From: Vicugna vicugna
Lineage: Eukaryota
Direction of reading: 5' to 3'
DNA: 64,000 bases
NCBI GenBank assembly: GCA_013265495.1
Contig: MU061538.1
Coordinates: 1,755,339 to 1,819,338 of the forward strand
In this document: positions 13,000-25,549 of the stretch, in pieces
Layout: each line of letters starts with the position of its first letter
How positions within the stretch are numbered: the stretch's first letter is position 1
Program-made: the position numbers and the translations under genes
The notes under the pieces: model-generated
Told to the model about the DNA's origin: nothing
Databases searched by the model: none
Seen by the model: the letters and a program-made list of their open reading frames with translations, nothing else

Positions 13000-15400
13000 A
13001 GCGCACCGCGGCTGACGGAGCGGCGCTGGTGGGGCGCGAGCGCAGGGGGGGCTGGGGTGGGAGGGAGACAGAAGCCCCTCTGGGCCGCTCGGCTCCCCAG
13101 CCCGAGTCTGGTTCTGGCCTTGCTGCGGAGCCCGGAGAGGAGAGGGGCCGGCGGGGTAGCCGGCTTAAGCGAACGGGCGGGGTAGGAGACGGAGCGAAGG
13201 AGAGGGTCATTATCCCTCGCTCTCTCGTCTCCTCGCGACCACCTTAAATCTGGACCGCGACTGTGGACGCGCGCCTGTGCCCGAGCGCAGCGCGAGCCGC
13301 AGTTAACTCTGCGCAGGCCGCGGGGTGCCGGGTGCGTGCAGCCGGCTGCCGCAGTTCTCCAGCTCGTCCCGGACTCCGACCCCCTGGTCAGCCTCGCTCC
13401 CTGCGGGAGGGAAGGGGCCTCCCCGCGGTCTCTCGAACCCGCGAGAGAGGGCGAGGCCAGAGGAAGCGGCGGGGTCGGGAACACCGGCGGTCCCCGAGCC
13501 AGAGGGCTCAGCGTCCGCCGAGGTCCCGGGTCTCCCACGCGGGAGAGGGGTCCCGGCTCGCGCCCTGCCCGGACCCGGCCACCAAGTGCGAGCGCGCGGA
13601 GCCGCGCACCCAGGCAGACGCATCTCATCTCCACTTACTCCCGGGCTATCGATCCCGCGGCTCGGGTTTCAGTGCGCGCGGGGCTGGGCTGCGGCCGCCC
13701 GCCCGCCCCTCCACGCGCCCGAGCGCGGGCTCGGCCAGGGCTCCCGGCGGCGCTCCGACGGCCCGGGTTGAGCGGCGGCGCGGGCGTGACCGGCGGGACC
13801 AGGCGGGAGGGAAAGGCCGGTTCCAGGGTGGGGGCGCCCCAGCCTGAGCCCCCCGCCCGGTCCCTCCCCGGGCCGCCCCATGCCGCCCCGCCGGGACCCA
13901 CGGCCGCGCGGCCCGGCGCCCGGCCACTCTCGCCGCCGCGTGCGCTGGCAGCGTTTGAACTTCTGACCTTCTGTCAACTTCCCTCAGACGAACGAAACGA
14001 AAACAAATACTTTTTTCCTTGGGCAGTGGCTATTCCCGTTCCCGACACAAAAGGAGGGGGAGGGGCAGCCAGCGTGGGGGTGGGGTGGGGAGGGCCGGGC
14101 CAGGACTGCACCACGGACCCCACAAGTGTCCCCTAAAAACCTGGATGGCTGGGAGGAGGGGCGGCCTGAAAGGTGCCCCTCGGTTTATCCCTTCCGCGTC
14201 CTTCCTGCGTCCCTGATCCTGAGAGTTGCAGTGGGGAAGGCGGGGGACCTGGGCGGCGAGGGCAGGGCCCGGGGAGAGGGAGCAGGCAACGCCTCCCGGG
14301 CTCCTGGGGCACCTGCTCACCCGCCGGCCCTCACTTAAGATAACCGCCTAGACTCTGTTCTCAGGTGCGTGTCCCTCCTCCCCCGTCTCTGTGTGTCTCT
14401 GTCTCTCTAATGTGACTGCCGCCCAAGTCCCTCAACCATGGCAAGATCGTCCCCAGTGGAACTTTCAGAGCAGTTCAGGAACGCATGAGCTCCTGGTTAA
14501 TATTAACTCGGAGAGGGAGAGCGCAGACAGACGCACCTCTCCCCGCAGGCCGCGGGTGCCAGGGGGCTCTGAGGGGGCAGGAGGCGGCGAGGGGCCGGGC
14601 CTGCGGGCTGCAGTGGCGATCAGCCTCAGGCGCCCTGTTGGGCCAGATTTCCGGGTGCGTGGCAGCCCCGGGGAGCAGCGCTCAGGTGTGGGTTGATGGG
14701 AGGGGTCTGGTTTTCCGGAGTGGGGGAGGAGGAGCGGAGAAGGGTGTGTGTAAGGACTGGGGGGTACCCTTTTGAAGTTGGGACACCCCTCCCCCGCGCC
14801 GGGGAAGCCCGTCGGCGTTGGCGGTGACAGTCCCCCCTCGGCTCCGGAGCGCGCAGCGGCTGCGCAGACTGGGGAGGTGGCGGGAGCTCAGGCGTGGGGA
14901 ACAACTCGGCCTCCGCCGACACAAAGCCGGGCCCGTCGGCCCCGCTGGGCTTCACGGTGGCTGCACAGAGGCGGGCTTGATTCGCGGCACACGACCCAGT
15001 GAATTGATAACCGGCCTGGGCTTCCCGGCTTGGTCTGCGACGATCCGGCGCGGCCGGGGCGCAGGGAGCCCTGCCGCCGGGGGCCGAGGCCGCGTTGCGC
15101 CTGGCGGAGCCGGGGGAGGGCGCGTGGGGCGCTGGGCGCAGACTCGGGCCTGGCTGGGCCCGGGGCTCCTCGTCTGGGGTCTCCACCTCTTGCCCAAGTG
15201 GCGCAGCGCAAAACTCTGGGCTCTGGTACAGGTCCTCCCTATCCTGCCCTCCCCATCGCCAGCCGCCTCGGGGGAAGCTGCGGAAAGCTTCATCTGAGCC
15301 CCCAAAGCAGGGAGCTGGAGTGGGATGGGGGCCCGGGATGCGAGTGTCTGCGTGTGCGCGTCGGTAGTGTGCGCCTGCGCAGCCGGTTTCACGTCCCCGC
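13000..15400. other. CpG island, SHH intron 1
   Basis: Very high GC and dense CpG by inspection, e.g. 13250-13950 and 14790-15380. Confidence 0.85.
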
Positions 15401-15589
15401 TCTAAACTGACCCTGGTTTACTGATTGATTTTCATGTAAAACGCATTCAATCCTCAAGATGACCTCACTCAAACTCTGTCCTTTTTTTTTTTTAAGAAAA
15501 CTGTTGGCAGGACCAGAAACCTGCAAGCGCTGACCTGTTAACTAGGGCCGCCCCCACTCCTCTGCTCCACCTCCCCACCCCCATCCCCC

Positions 15590-15609
15590 AACACACACAC
15601 ACACACACA
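15590..15609 (+). repeat. (CA)n microsatellite
   Basis: acacacacacacacacaca in SHH intron 1. Confidence 0.9.
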
Positions 15610-17016
15610 TTTGTATGTTTAACTCTACAACCATATACTGGTTTTTATTGCTGTCAAATGCACAGGACTTTTCCTGTTGCGCAATCGGTCACATCCCATT
15701 AAAACCTGCAGCAGTCTCTGCCAGAGCCTCTCCCCCACTCTGTTGGAAGAGCCCTTCCCCGCTCTACAATTAGGGTCCTCGCTGGGGGCCGTCTATTCAT
15801 CTCGGTAAGCGGGTCCCAAGCAGAGCATCGCCCCGCCTGGAGACCAGTCCTGCCCTCTGCAGAAGGCAGCTTGGGATTGCTGCCTACCCGCCTCCGGTCT
15901 ACCTCTCCGGGGGATGCCCCCATCATGACCGTGTCACCACTTCCCCTCTTTTAAATCCCGCACCCCATCGGCTGCAGTGTAAATGTCCAGTGAGACAGAA
16001 TCTGCACACACACGATTCAGCTTTTTCTTGCATCCCCTTCTAAATGGGACCCGAGAATCCCGCAGGAATTCCCACAACTCTACCCTGACGGGAGTCCCGC
16101 CTAGTCTGTCTCTTTACTCCTACAGGCAGCTTCCTTGTTGTGGGGTGGGGGGGACACTAGGGCAGTTTCCAGAAGGAGGCTCCCCAAGGCCAGAGCTCCG
16201 AGGCTGCAGGCCTCTCTGGCTCCCCATCCCCCACCCCTCCCAGCCCATCCCCTCCTCCACCTCTTAAGTTTGCTCTTCAAACTTGCAGGACACCATTCTG
16301 TGCCGGCCAAGAAAACAAGAGGGGGGGGCGGGGAACAGGTTAAGGAAAACAAGAGACACAATCAGACCACAGAAAGGCCAGGAGAAAAGAGTTCCACGGG
16401 GAAAAGGAATGTGGCTGTCCAGATAAAGAATGTTTGTCATCCGGCCCTGGCCGTATTGAAAATTATAACTCACCTGGCTGCCCTCCACTGCTGGCTCCCC
16501 CACCCCTTAGGTTGCTATCAGCTCCCCCCTCCCACCTTTGGCTTAATTCTCACCTCAGACAGGCACAGGGCAGGAGGGAGTGCACACAGATAAGGTCAGG
16601 CTTCTCATTCTTTTAGAAGCAGTGTATTTTTCTTTTTTCTTTGGAGTTGCACCCTGGGCCTCTCTCTGGCCTCCTGGCAAGGGTGTCTGCCCAGGGAGAT
16701 GGGTGGAGCCTTGCACAGTTGCAGAGAGCGGGGGCCACAGAGAGGGCAGGGGCATGGACGGTGTCTTGGAGGAGGATGTGGGCATAGGCTAGGGTGCTCC
16801 TGGAGGGGTCTGCAGTCCTGGTCCAAAAACACGCAGTTTACTTTTTCCAAAGAAATGTCATCTGCTTCTCACGCCAGGATAGGAGCTCTGCTATTGCAGA
16901 CTTGGAGAAAGGCCCTCAGGTCACCTCCCAGACGACTTGCGCCTCGTGCAGATGCGCCCCCCTCCCACCCGCGTGCCCTCTCTCCTGCACTGGCTGAGCC
17001 CAGGTCCAGGCCCTGA

Positions 17017-17490
<474 letters not shown>

Positions 17491-18439
17491 TAGAGAGGGC
17501 GGGGTGCAGGCAGGGAGGGGATTGGGTGGTGACTGGTGTTTCTATGCGGGAAAATAGTCTCTGGGGCGTATGCCCCACCCCCCAGCCAGGATGTCCCTAC
17601 CGTCGAGGCCACACAGGACCCGGTTCTCCAGGCCCAGATGCAGAGGGCATATGCTTCCTGAGCCTCCCCTCACCCATTTCCGGAGCCCCCACTGCAGGTG
17701 GCAGAGACATCGAGGGAAAATGGGGGGCAGACTCTCCTGGTGAGAGACTGCAGCCCTGCCCAGTTGGCCAGCTCTGGCCTAGAGCCTTTGTCTCAATAGG
17801 GCTTAAGAATGAACAACCCCCTACTAGTCTCCTCCCCCAGCACAGGAGGCTCTGCCCAGGGTGGAAGCCCCTGTCCACTCCCCTCCCCACTGAGCGCCTG
17901 TGGATTCTAAACTAACTTCACCCACTCAGTCTCTCAGCCTTTGGAAGGAGGCCTGGTGGGAGGTAATAAACCCAGTAGTTACCACTTCCAACATCTGGAG
18001 GCCGCAAGCCCAGAAGCATCCGTCCTTGTTAGGAACCAGCTGGGCGGCCCTGAGCCACAGGCAGGGCCAGGAAAGCCAAGCCTGCAGCTGGAGCAGCGGC
18101 CCTGCGGCGCAAGGCGGACTTCCCTGGGCCTGCAACGCCACATGCTGTTGCCGGCGGGGAACAGCTTCGGAAGGAAGGCGCACACGCACGCACCAGCCCC
18201 AGGGCTATGGATGCAGCTCTCTCCATCTCAGCAGAAGCTGGTGCATTTAGCAAAACAGTTCACAGTGAATTTCGGAGGCACCGTCTCCCCTAGCCCCATC
18301 CCCCAGTTTTGCCTGTTTGTCTCCTAAACTATATTTTAATAGCGTATGTCAGTAGAAACACACTTCCAAATGTCAAGACACACTTTGGAGGTAAGGAAAA
18401 TAGTGGCGTCTTGGCACAACAGAAAGAAAAGGTGTGGAA

Positions 18440-20730
18440 GGGTGGGGAGAAGGGCCGGGCTGACAGCCCGAGAAAGAGTCTCAGCTGACAGGAGGGCAGG
18501 AAGGCGCGCCCCCACTTCGCGGGGCTCCTTAATGGAGGGGGCGGCGAGCCGCCCCCTCCAGGCCGCCCGGGCCGCAGGGTCCCCCGGGCGGGGGTCCCTG
18601 GCGGTCTCCTCGCCAGCGCGCAGCGGTAATCCCGCCGGGGGAGCCGATGGTTGGCATTCCGCGCACACGGGCCCGGGCGCGGTGCGGTGCGTGTCAAGCA
18701 GGGTCGTGCGACTCGACGACTCGGGCTCGCCTGAGCCCCGGGCGCATTCCGGGCGGCTGCGGCGGGTCTCCAAAGGCCAGCCCCGCACTTCATGCCGGGG
18801 AAACCTATGAGAAGATTAAAACCCTCAGTAATTCCAGCGGGAAGATTCTTTCTCGCGATCTCTATTTGCAAAAAGCATGATCCCGGAGATTGGAATGCAG
18901 AGGAGACCGGGACCTCCCTGCCCCTCCTCCCCGGCCCCCTGCTCGCCGCCCGACTAGGATTATTGTCCTCAGGACAGTGAGCCTCAGAGAGCCACAGAGG
19001 GCCGGAGAAAGCGGGTAGTCAAGGGGCCTTGAGAACCCGGCGCTTGCAGAGCGCGGAGCAGGCCCCGCCATTTAAAATTCAAATACACATCTTGAGTGCT
19101 TGGAAGAGAGGCCTGACTGTGCAAATAGTGCTTGTGAGGCCCAGGCTTCTGGAGAGCCCGCGTGTGAATCGCACTGGGAAGGGGGGTGGGGTGCACCTGA
19201 GCAAATAGGGAGGGGGCGGCCGAGAGCTGGAGAGAGAGGGAGCCGAGAAAGGGGAGGGGGAGAAAATGGAAGTGGCCCCTCTTCCGAGAGCGCCTCCCAT
19301 TTGTTGCAGAAATCACAATGACAATGCCGAGCCTTTTATTGGATTTTAATTAGAAAATGCACACAAGGCCCGGATTTCACACCTCGGCCAGTTCTCTGGA
19401 ATGTTTGTCCAGTTGCTACAACTACTACAGCTATTTGTCACCACCACCACCCCGCCTCCGCCTCCAACGGGCCGACACCAAGGCCCCCCGCTGGGCGCTG
19501 GGGACCGGCGGGCTAGGGTCCCCGCCGCGCGGCCCGGGTGCGGAGCGCACCAGGGGGCGCCGCGCCCCGCGCCGGAGGCGGGAGGAAGGGAGGGTGCGCC
19601 CTGGCGCCCGAGTGAGCTCAAGGAGGCTTCCTGAGGAATCCAAGTGGAGAGCAAATAACCCTCTGAATTCGTGGCGAGGTTGGGTGTGTGCTGAGCTGGG
19701 GGGGGGGGGCGGAAGGAAGTCAGTGTAACCGGCCTCCCGCTGGAGACGCCAGTCAACCTTTGTCACCGCCAGTCCAATCCTAAGAGAGTCGTTAAGGACT
19801 ATGTCTGCCTCTCAATTTGGTCACCAAGGCGGTGGGGATGGGATAGGGAGGTCTGCACTGGACCAGTCTGGAATCTCTCCCCGGAGCCCAGCGCATCCCC
19901 GTTCTGGACACCAATCGTGCGCCCCCCTTTCCAAACTCGTGTCTTCTCGGGACTCACCACCTTTTCTCCTCTTCTCTCCTTTCTCCTCTCCCGCAGAGAA
20001 CTCGGTGGCAGCCAAATCGGGCGGCTGCTTCCCGGGCTCGGCCACGGTGCACCTGGAACAGGGCGGCACCAAGCTGGTGAAGGATCTGCGCCCCGGGGAC
20101 CGCGTGCTGGCGGCCGACGACCAGGGCCAGCTGCTCTACAGCGACTTCCTCACCTTCCTGGACCGCGACGACGGCGCCAAGAAGGTCTTCTACGTGATCG
20201 AGACGCGGGAGCCCCGCGAGCGCCTGCTGCTCACCGCCGCACACCTGCTCTTTGTCGCGCCGCACAACGGCTCGGCCGCCTGGGAGCCCGAGGCGCTGTC
20301 GGGCGCTGGGCGGCCGCCGGGGGGCGCGTCGGCGCGCCGGGCGCTCTTCGCTAGCAGCGTGCGGCCGGGCCAGCACGTGTACGTGGTGGCCGAGCGCGGC
20401 GGGGACCGCCGGCTGCTGCCGGCCGCCGTGCACAGCGTGACGCTGCGCGAGGAAGCCACGGGCGCGTACGCGCCGCTGACGGCGCAGGGCACCATCCTCA
20501 TCAACCGGGTGCTGGCGTCGTGCTACGCGGTCATAGAGGAGCACGGCTGGGCGCACCGGGCCTTCGCGCCCTTCCGCCTGGCGCACGCGCTCCTGGCCGC
20601 GCTGGCCCCCTCGCGCACGGACCGCGGCGGGGACGGCGGGGGCGGCGGCGGGGGCGGCGGCCGCGTCCCCCCGCAGCCAGGGGCGGCCGGGGAGGGCACC
20701 GGGAGGGGGCGGGGCGGGCGGGGGGAGGGG
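18440..20730. other. CpG island, SHH intron 2 / exon 3
   Basis: Dense CpG and G-runs through exon 3. Confidence 0.85.
19070..19360. promoter_or_regulatory. SHH intron-2 midline enhancer (SFPE2 / ar-C-like conserved block)
   Basis: AT-rich motif block inside a GC-rich intron: TGCACCTGAGCAAATA (19192-19207, FoxA core), GAAGTGGCCCCTCTTCCGAGAG (19269-19290), AATGACAATG (19317-19326) and CTTTTATTGGATTTTAATTAGA (19333-19354, homeodomain). Order and position match the vertebrate shh intron-2 enhancer as I recall it. Confidence 0.75.
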
Positions 20731-20970
20731 CAACCGCAAGATACCGCAGATGACACACGGAAAAGCGCACGAAATGAAACTTTAATTATAATAATAATTA
20801 ATAATAATAATAATAAAGTAGGCCAGTCCACAGTAGACTATAAGGAATCAAAGCCCCGAGAAATCCTGTTGTTGTGCTTAGTCCATCTATATATATTTTT
20901 GAATTTTTTGATTCTTGTTTACTTTCGGTTATTTTTTCACCTCTCCTGGCTATTTATTTGTTTGGTATGA
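19997..20970 (+). CDS. SHH: Sonic hedgehog exon 3 (G|CF autocleavage site, Hint domain, first part of the sterol-recognition region); C-terminus aberrant from ~20674
   Basis: Acceptor ctcctctcccgcag|AG AAC. Translates [18 protein letters not shown] (Cys codon 20026-20028)…[13 protein letters not shown]…[23 protein letters not shown]…[23 protein letters not shown] homology ends at RVPP (~20673) and the frame stays open to TGA at 20968-20970. Confidence 0.93.
20785..20817 (+). repeat. Imperfect (TAA)n microsatellite in the normal SHH 3'UTR
   Basis: attataataataattaataataataataataaa. Confidence 0.9.
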
Positions 20971-21688
20971 ATAGATGTTTTAAATAATATGAACCGGACC
21001 TTCAAGAGCCTTAAATAGTTTGTTTCTTGGATAATTTATTATTACCATGTGAACTGTGCTCACAGGGGAGAGTATTTTGTGAGGCCAAGCGACCTGCTCA
21101 GAGGCTATTTTTCTACACGTCCCTCGTCCTGACTTTCAGAAAGCAAAATTCTCTGCTCTCCACTTCTGCTTTGCAACGCTCCTGCTTGTCGGCAAGTGTA
21201 AACTGAAACGTGCTTCGTGGGGGTCCACAAATTATATTTTTATACACAGAATTGTAAATTAGATTTTTGAGAGCTCAATACTTAACTGAATTACATTTCA
21301 TTTTTGAAATAGTGTAAAATATGAAAATATATTATTTTAATTTAACTAGTTGCCATTGTAACAGTCATCTCCTGTATCATCTTCTTGGTTTAATGTTGGC
21401 TTTGTCATCACCATTTTGGCCATATTCTTGGAAGTCAAGACTGTTACACACTCACATACACACTTTTTTTTTCTTGGACAAACGGGAAGACCTCTGTTAT
21501 TTTTAACTTCAAAGAATTTATTAGAAAATAATATTTTTTAAAAGTGCACATAGTGAAGAGCGCACGAGGATGGAGCCTGTAGTTTGTACAGAGAAAAACA
21601 AAGGATGTTTTTGCATTAATAAATTGAGAAATAACTGCTGTAAATTTACTAAAATATATTTTTGAATATTTTGTAATAGTTTTATAGA

Positions 21689-21694
21689 AATAAA
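21689..21694 (+). terminator. SHH: SHH distal polyadenylation signal AATAAA
   Basis: AATAAA at the end of the AU-rich 3'UTR, followed by GT/T-rich sequence and a poly-T tract (21763-21800). Further AATAAA copies are at 20812-20817 and 21618-21623. Confidence 0.7.
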
Positions 21695-23138
21695 ATGTGC
21701 CACGCACAGACCGGTTAGTATATGATAACTGAGAATTCCTGTTGCAGCCCCGTTTTCTTTCCTTTTTTTTTTTTTTTTTTTTATTTTTTTTTTTTTTTTT
21801 GGCTTCTTTGTTTGGGAAACCTAGTGCTGACAGGAGTTCCCAGTATTATATTTAGATGTGTTGCTTATACTGTGAATTCAGATCAACGTACATAGGGAAC
21901 CAAAGTAGGGAACCAAATCAACTTGTTTGTTTCCGTCACTGGAGAAAAACCTCAGCTCTGTTCGTATTTATTGTGTGAAAGTCTCTATACTCAAAGGATG
22001 GCGGTGCTGTCCTGGGTTCCGTTCTGCCCCCACCTCCCCCCAACTTAACCAGCGCCGCCTGCCTGGAGGAGGTGGCCCTGGGGCCAGAGCTCAGACTGCC
22101 TCCCCAGGCTCCATGGACTTGTTGGCCCACTTCAGTCCCTCCACTCGGTGGCCCCAGGTTGGAGTGCGTTGTCCCCTGGCCTTGCAGGGGGGAGGTCCTT
22201 AGCTGCTTTCTGAAGTGTTGGGAAACCCTTTGCAGAAGGGTCCCTGAGCAGAGGACCAAGTGTGGATATTCTGCAGGCCCACTTGGGAGAGCGCCTCCTC
22301 CGCCCGCTCGGTGTGGACCCCAGCCTTCCCTCCTCTCCCACCACAGCCACGGGAGCCTCAGGGCCCCCGGGCCGCGCTGGTGTCTCCGCACCCAAGCTGT
22401 CTGTCTGCAGTGGTTGTCAGGCAAGGGCTTAGTGGCCGGCCCAGGCCTTGGGGCTCCCCTCGTGGGCACTCTGTCAGCGGGGCCGGGGGGCCTGTCCTCC
22501 GCGCCTGGAGCTGGGTTGCAGGCTTAGCCCAGACGGGCTCTGTGCTCTGGGCCCAAGTGCCCGTGCCAGCTGGGCTTTGGAAGGGTGGGCGGTGTCGCCT
22601 GGGGGCCTCTCAGCAGATCAGTCACGTCTGGAGGCTGGCCTGGGTTTAGGGGAGCAGAACTGAACCTGACGGCCAGGGGCAGCCTCAGTCCTGCCTTGGC
22701 AAGGTCTGGGGAAGCTGCTTCTGAGGCTCGGGCTGAGGTCCCTGGGGGGCCTCTGGGCTGCAGGTCTGGCAAGGTGTGGCTTTTCCTGGAGGCCGTGTGC
22801 TCGGATGGATGGTGCCGGGGGGCAGGGGGCGCAGCACGCAGGCCGGAGCTTGCCATTCAGGCAGGAGTGGTCCTCAGTTCTTGGTAAAAGACTGTTCTTT
22901 GGTCTTCTAGGTGGTCAGCAGGTCCACGGGGTTACGATCCCTGGTGAGTTTGGTGGTTTCTGTTCAGGTCTGCGTATTAGTCAAAGCAGAAGCACCAGGG
23001 CACACCAGCAGGTCTGGCCGTGGTGAGCAGCCTGACTAATCCGCGGGGCATCTCCATCCGTTAAAGAGAGAAGTGTTGGGTCCAAGAGAGAAGCTGGGCG
23101 GTGGGCAGACCCGACTGCACCAGGCAGCCGGCGCTGGG

Positions 23139-23157
23139 CAGCGCCCCCTCCTGGCCA
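23139..23157 (-). promoter_or_regulatory. CTCF motif
   Basis: Minus strand reads TGGCCAGGAGGGGGCGCTG, one mismatch to the core. Confidence 0.55.
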
Positions 23158-23959
23158 GGCGAGGTGGCGGCGCCCCTCCTCCCTGCCCCACCTTTTAAGA
23201 TCCTTTCCAGCTTCACCATAAGAACTCTCTTTTTCACGTCCACCTCATAGAGACACTGCGTACAAAGCATCCAGCAGGTGCAGCCTGCTCCCGTCAGACG
23301 AGGCTCCACTTCTCCCGCTTCAGAGTTCACGGGGCCACGAGTTTGTGCCAAGTGGGTGCGTGGTGTTGCTGCCGGCCTCCCTGGTGACTAAATGCATATC
23401 CCTGTCAAACACGCGTATCAGAATGTACTTGAAACTGTTATCTTTGTGCTCTATTGTTTGAATAATTAAAGAAGTTACAGAGATTTTCTGCAATGTCTGG
23501 TCTGTGGCAAAATTCCTATCCCACACGGTCATCTACGAGTCACATTTTCTTCCGCCAGGTTGTCCTGAAAATGTGAAAGAAAAAAATGTCATTGAGGGTG
23601 CACCGTTGAAATCCGCTGGTGGGTGGGAAGGCCAGGCCGTGGGGTCTTTACTTGGGGACAAACCACACAGTGTCCCTGCCATTGGAGGAAGCTCCCAGCC
23701 CCATCCTCTCCTGGCTGAGTCTCTTTGCTGTCAGCATCACATCCACGTGGGAAATACTAGGCAGACATGCAAAGAATGCCAGTCGGTTGCAAGATTTGGC
23801 AAGAAAGCAACAAAATGCCTGCCTGTGAGTCAGGTCCTGGGCTGGGGGTGGGGGCGTCTGGGTCCCCTGATGACGCAGACAAGTGGTCGGTCCATCCCAC
23901 CCCACCCCACCCCCCGTACGGCTCATTCTTCTGCCTGCCGACCAGGAGCCTTCCCGTTC

Positions 23960-24060
23960 CCACAGCGGGGCTGAGCAGTTGCATCAGAGACCACACGGCC
24001 TGCAAAGCCTGAAATATTTTCTGTCTGGGTCTTTAGAGAAAAAGTTTGCCAACCAGATCT
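23960..24060. mobile_element. MER58-like hAT DNA transposon fragment
   Basis: ggcctgcaaagcctgaaatattttctgtctgggtctttagagaaaaagtttgccaacc resembles the MER58 terminus. Confidence 0.65.
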
Positions 24061-25549
24061 TCTAGGATCTCCTATGGAAACCAAGCCCACGGTGGGGGCG
24101 GGGTGGGGGCCAAGCGTCATGGGGCGCAGCCATCATAGCACATTTTCTGTTGGAATTCAAAGGGGCACCTGCTTCCTGCTGGGGCAACCAAGCCAGGGAG
24201 ACCTGGTGGTGTACCAGGTGAACCTCAGTGCTAATCGAGAGTGGGGTGAACCGGAGAGGCCCACCTGCAAAGGAGGAAAGAGAGGGTCTAGAAGCCCACC
24301 CCCCAGCATTCGACCCCCACCTGGTGAAGGTCCCCCCAGGGAGACAGGAAGTCAGCGCTGGGAGACAGCCTGCTTGGCTCCTCTTGGCTGAGCTCGATTT
24401 TCTCAAATTAAGAAGAAAGTGATAGAAGCTCACGCTCCGCCGTCTAGACAAGCTCCAGGCCCCAAGACAGGGAGACGCCGGGATGGTACGAAGATGTGCT
24501 TCCATGGGTGTCTCTGGTTGTCAGAACGAGCAGCTGTGTCCGGAAGGGGGAAACTCGTCTAAATAAGAGGGTCAAGAAATCTGAAAAAGATAAATTAGAA
24601 GAAATACTATGCCAAAAATTCCAAGGGAAAACCTGCCCTGCACAACAGACCTCGGTTCCCACGTGAAATCCCACGTGGGCCGGGGAGCGCCGATGCGCTC
24701 GCGTCCAGGGCAAACGGACGCCCTTCTGGCTGGACACCAAGCTCCGGCCCATCTCAGCAGGAATTCCCTTTCTCCAGCCCCAGGAGGGCTCAGGGCTTCC
24801 CTTTCTGAGCCTTGCGACCGAGAGGCGGGCGGCAAAACAAACCCAATGTCTTTGAAAAGAGTCCCGGGTCCCTGTGTCTGTCACCCTGCAGGTCCCTGTC
24901 ATTAGAATCCCGGCCGAAACCCTCCAGCCAGACCCCACAGGCAGGCCACATGTGGGCCCACGGAGCCGGAGCGTGGGCAGAGATGTGGGGGTGGAGGGGT
25001 TGGGGGGTGACGTGTGCTGCTTCAGGAGGAGCCTCGTGTTAGCATGAGCACGGGCTGAGGTGGGGCTGGACCCGCCCGCTCACCCGCAGATGCATCCTGC
25101 TGCTGTTCGAGTGGTTTTGTGACGTGTGGGAGGGCACAGTCACCTTCCTGGGCCTGGGGCTCCGAGGGTCCAGTGCCCCATCACTGCCCGCCCCGGGCGA
25201 CTGCACTCCAGCTATGGGTCCAGCGGGCCCCACGGCCGGCCGGGAGAAGCCAGCAAGAGGAGGGGGCTGCTGGCACCACCAGGACCACCGCCCCTCCCGA
25301 GGGTGCAGGCCGGTCCGCGTCTCCCGGGGACGTCAGGGCAGCCTCCCGTCTCCTCACTGCTGCCCCTGGAAGGAGAGGGGCCCCGTGTAGAAGGCGGCTG
25401 GGAGCAGAGGGGTGCTGGGGGGCGTGCTGGTGGCGGGAGCTGGTCCCTGCCTCCGGTTTAGCCGCCTCAGCTCCTGTGGAAGTTTCCTGGGATCCGGCAT
25501 CACCACAGGGCAGCCAGGCGGGAAGGAGAAACTCCCCAGAGTGGAGTCC

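Noticed and set aside
14435..14488. ACCATGG Kozak ATG in SHH intron 1 (MARSSPVELSEQFRNA*)
   Set aside because: Stops after 16 codons with no clear donor linking it to exon 2. An alternative first exon cannot be supported from sequence alone.
12765..15410. Many long overlapping ORFs (up to 289 aa) in SHH intron 1
   Set aside because: Low-complexity Arg/Pro/Gly/Ala translations expected from stop-poor CpG-island DNA, with no recognisable domain.
19954..20739. 261-aa antisense ORF over SHH exon 3
   Set aside because: Shadow of a GC3-rich coding sequence.
21893..21917. TAGGGAACCAAA direct repeat after the SHH polyA site
   Set aside because: Simple 12-bp micro-duplication with no further support.
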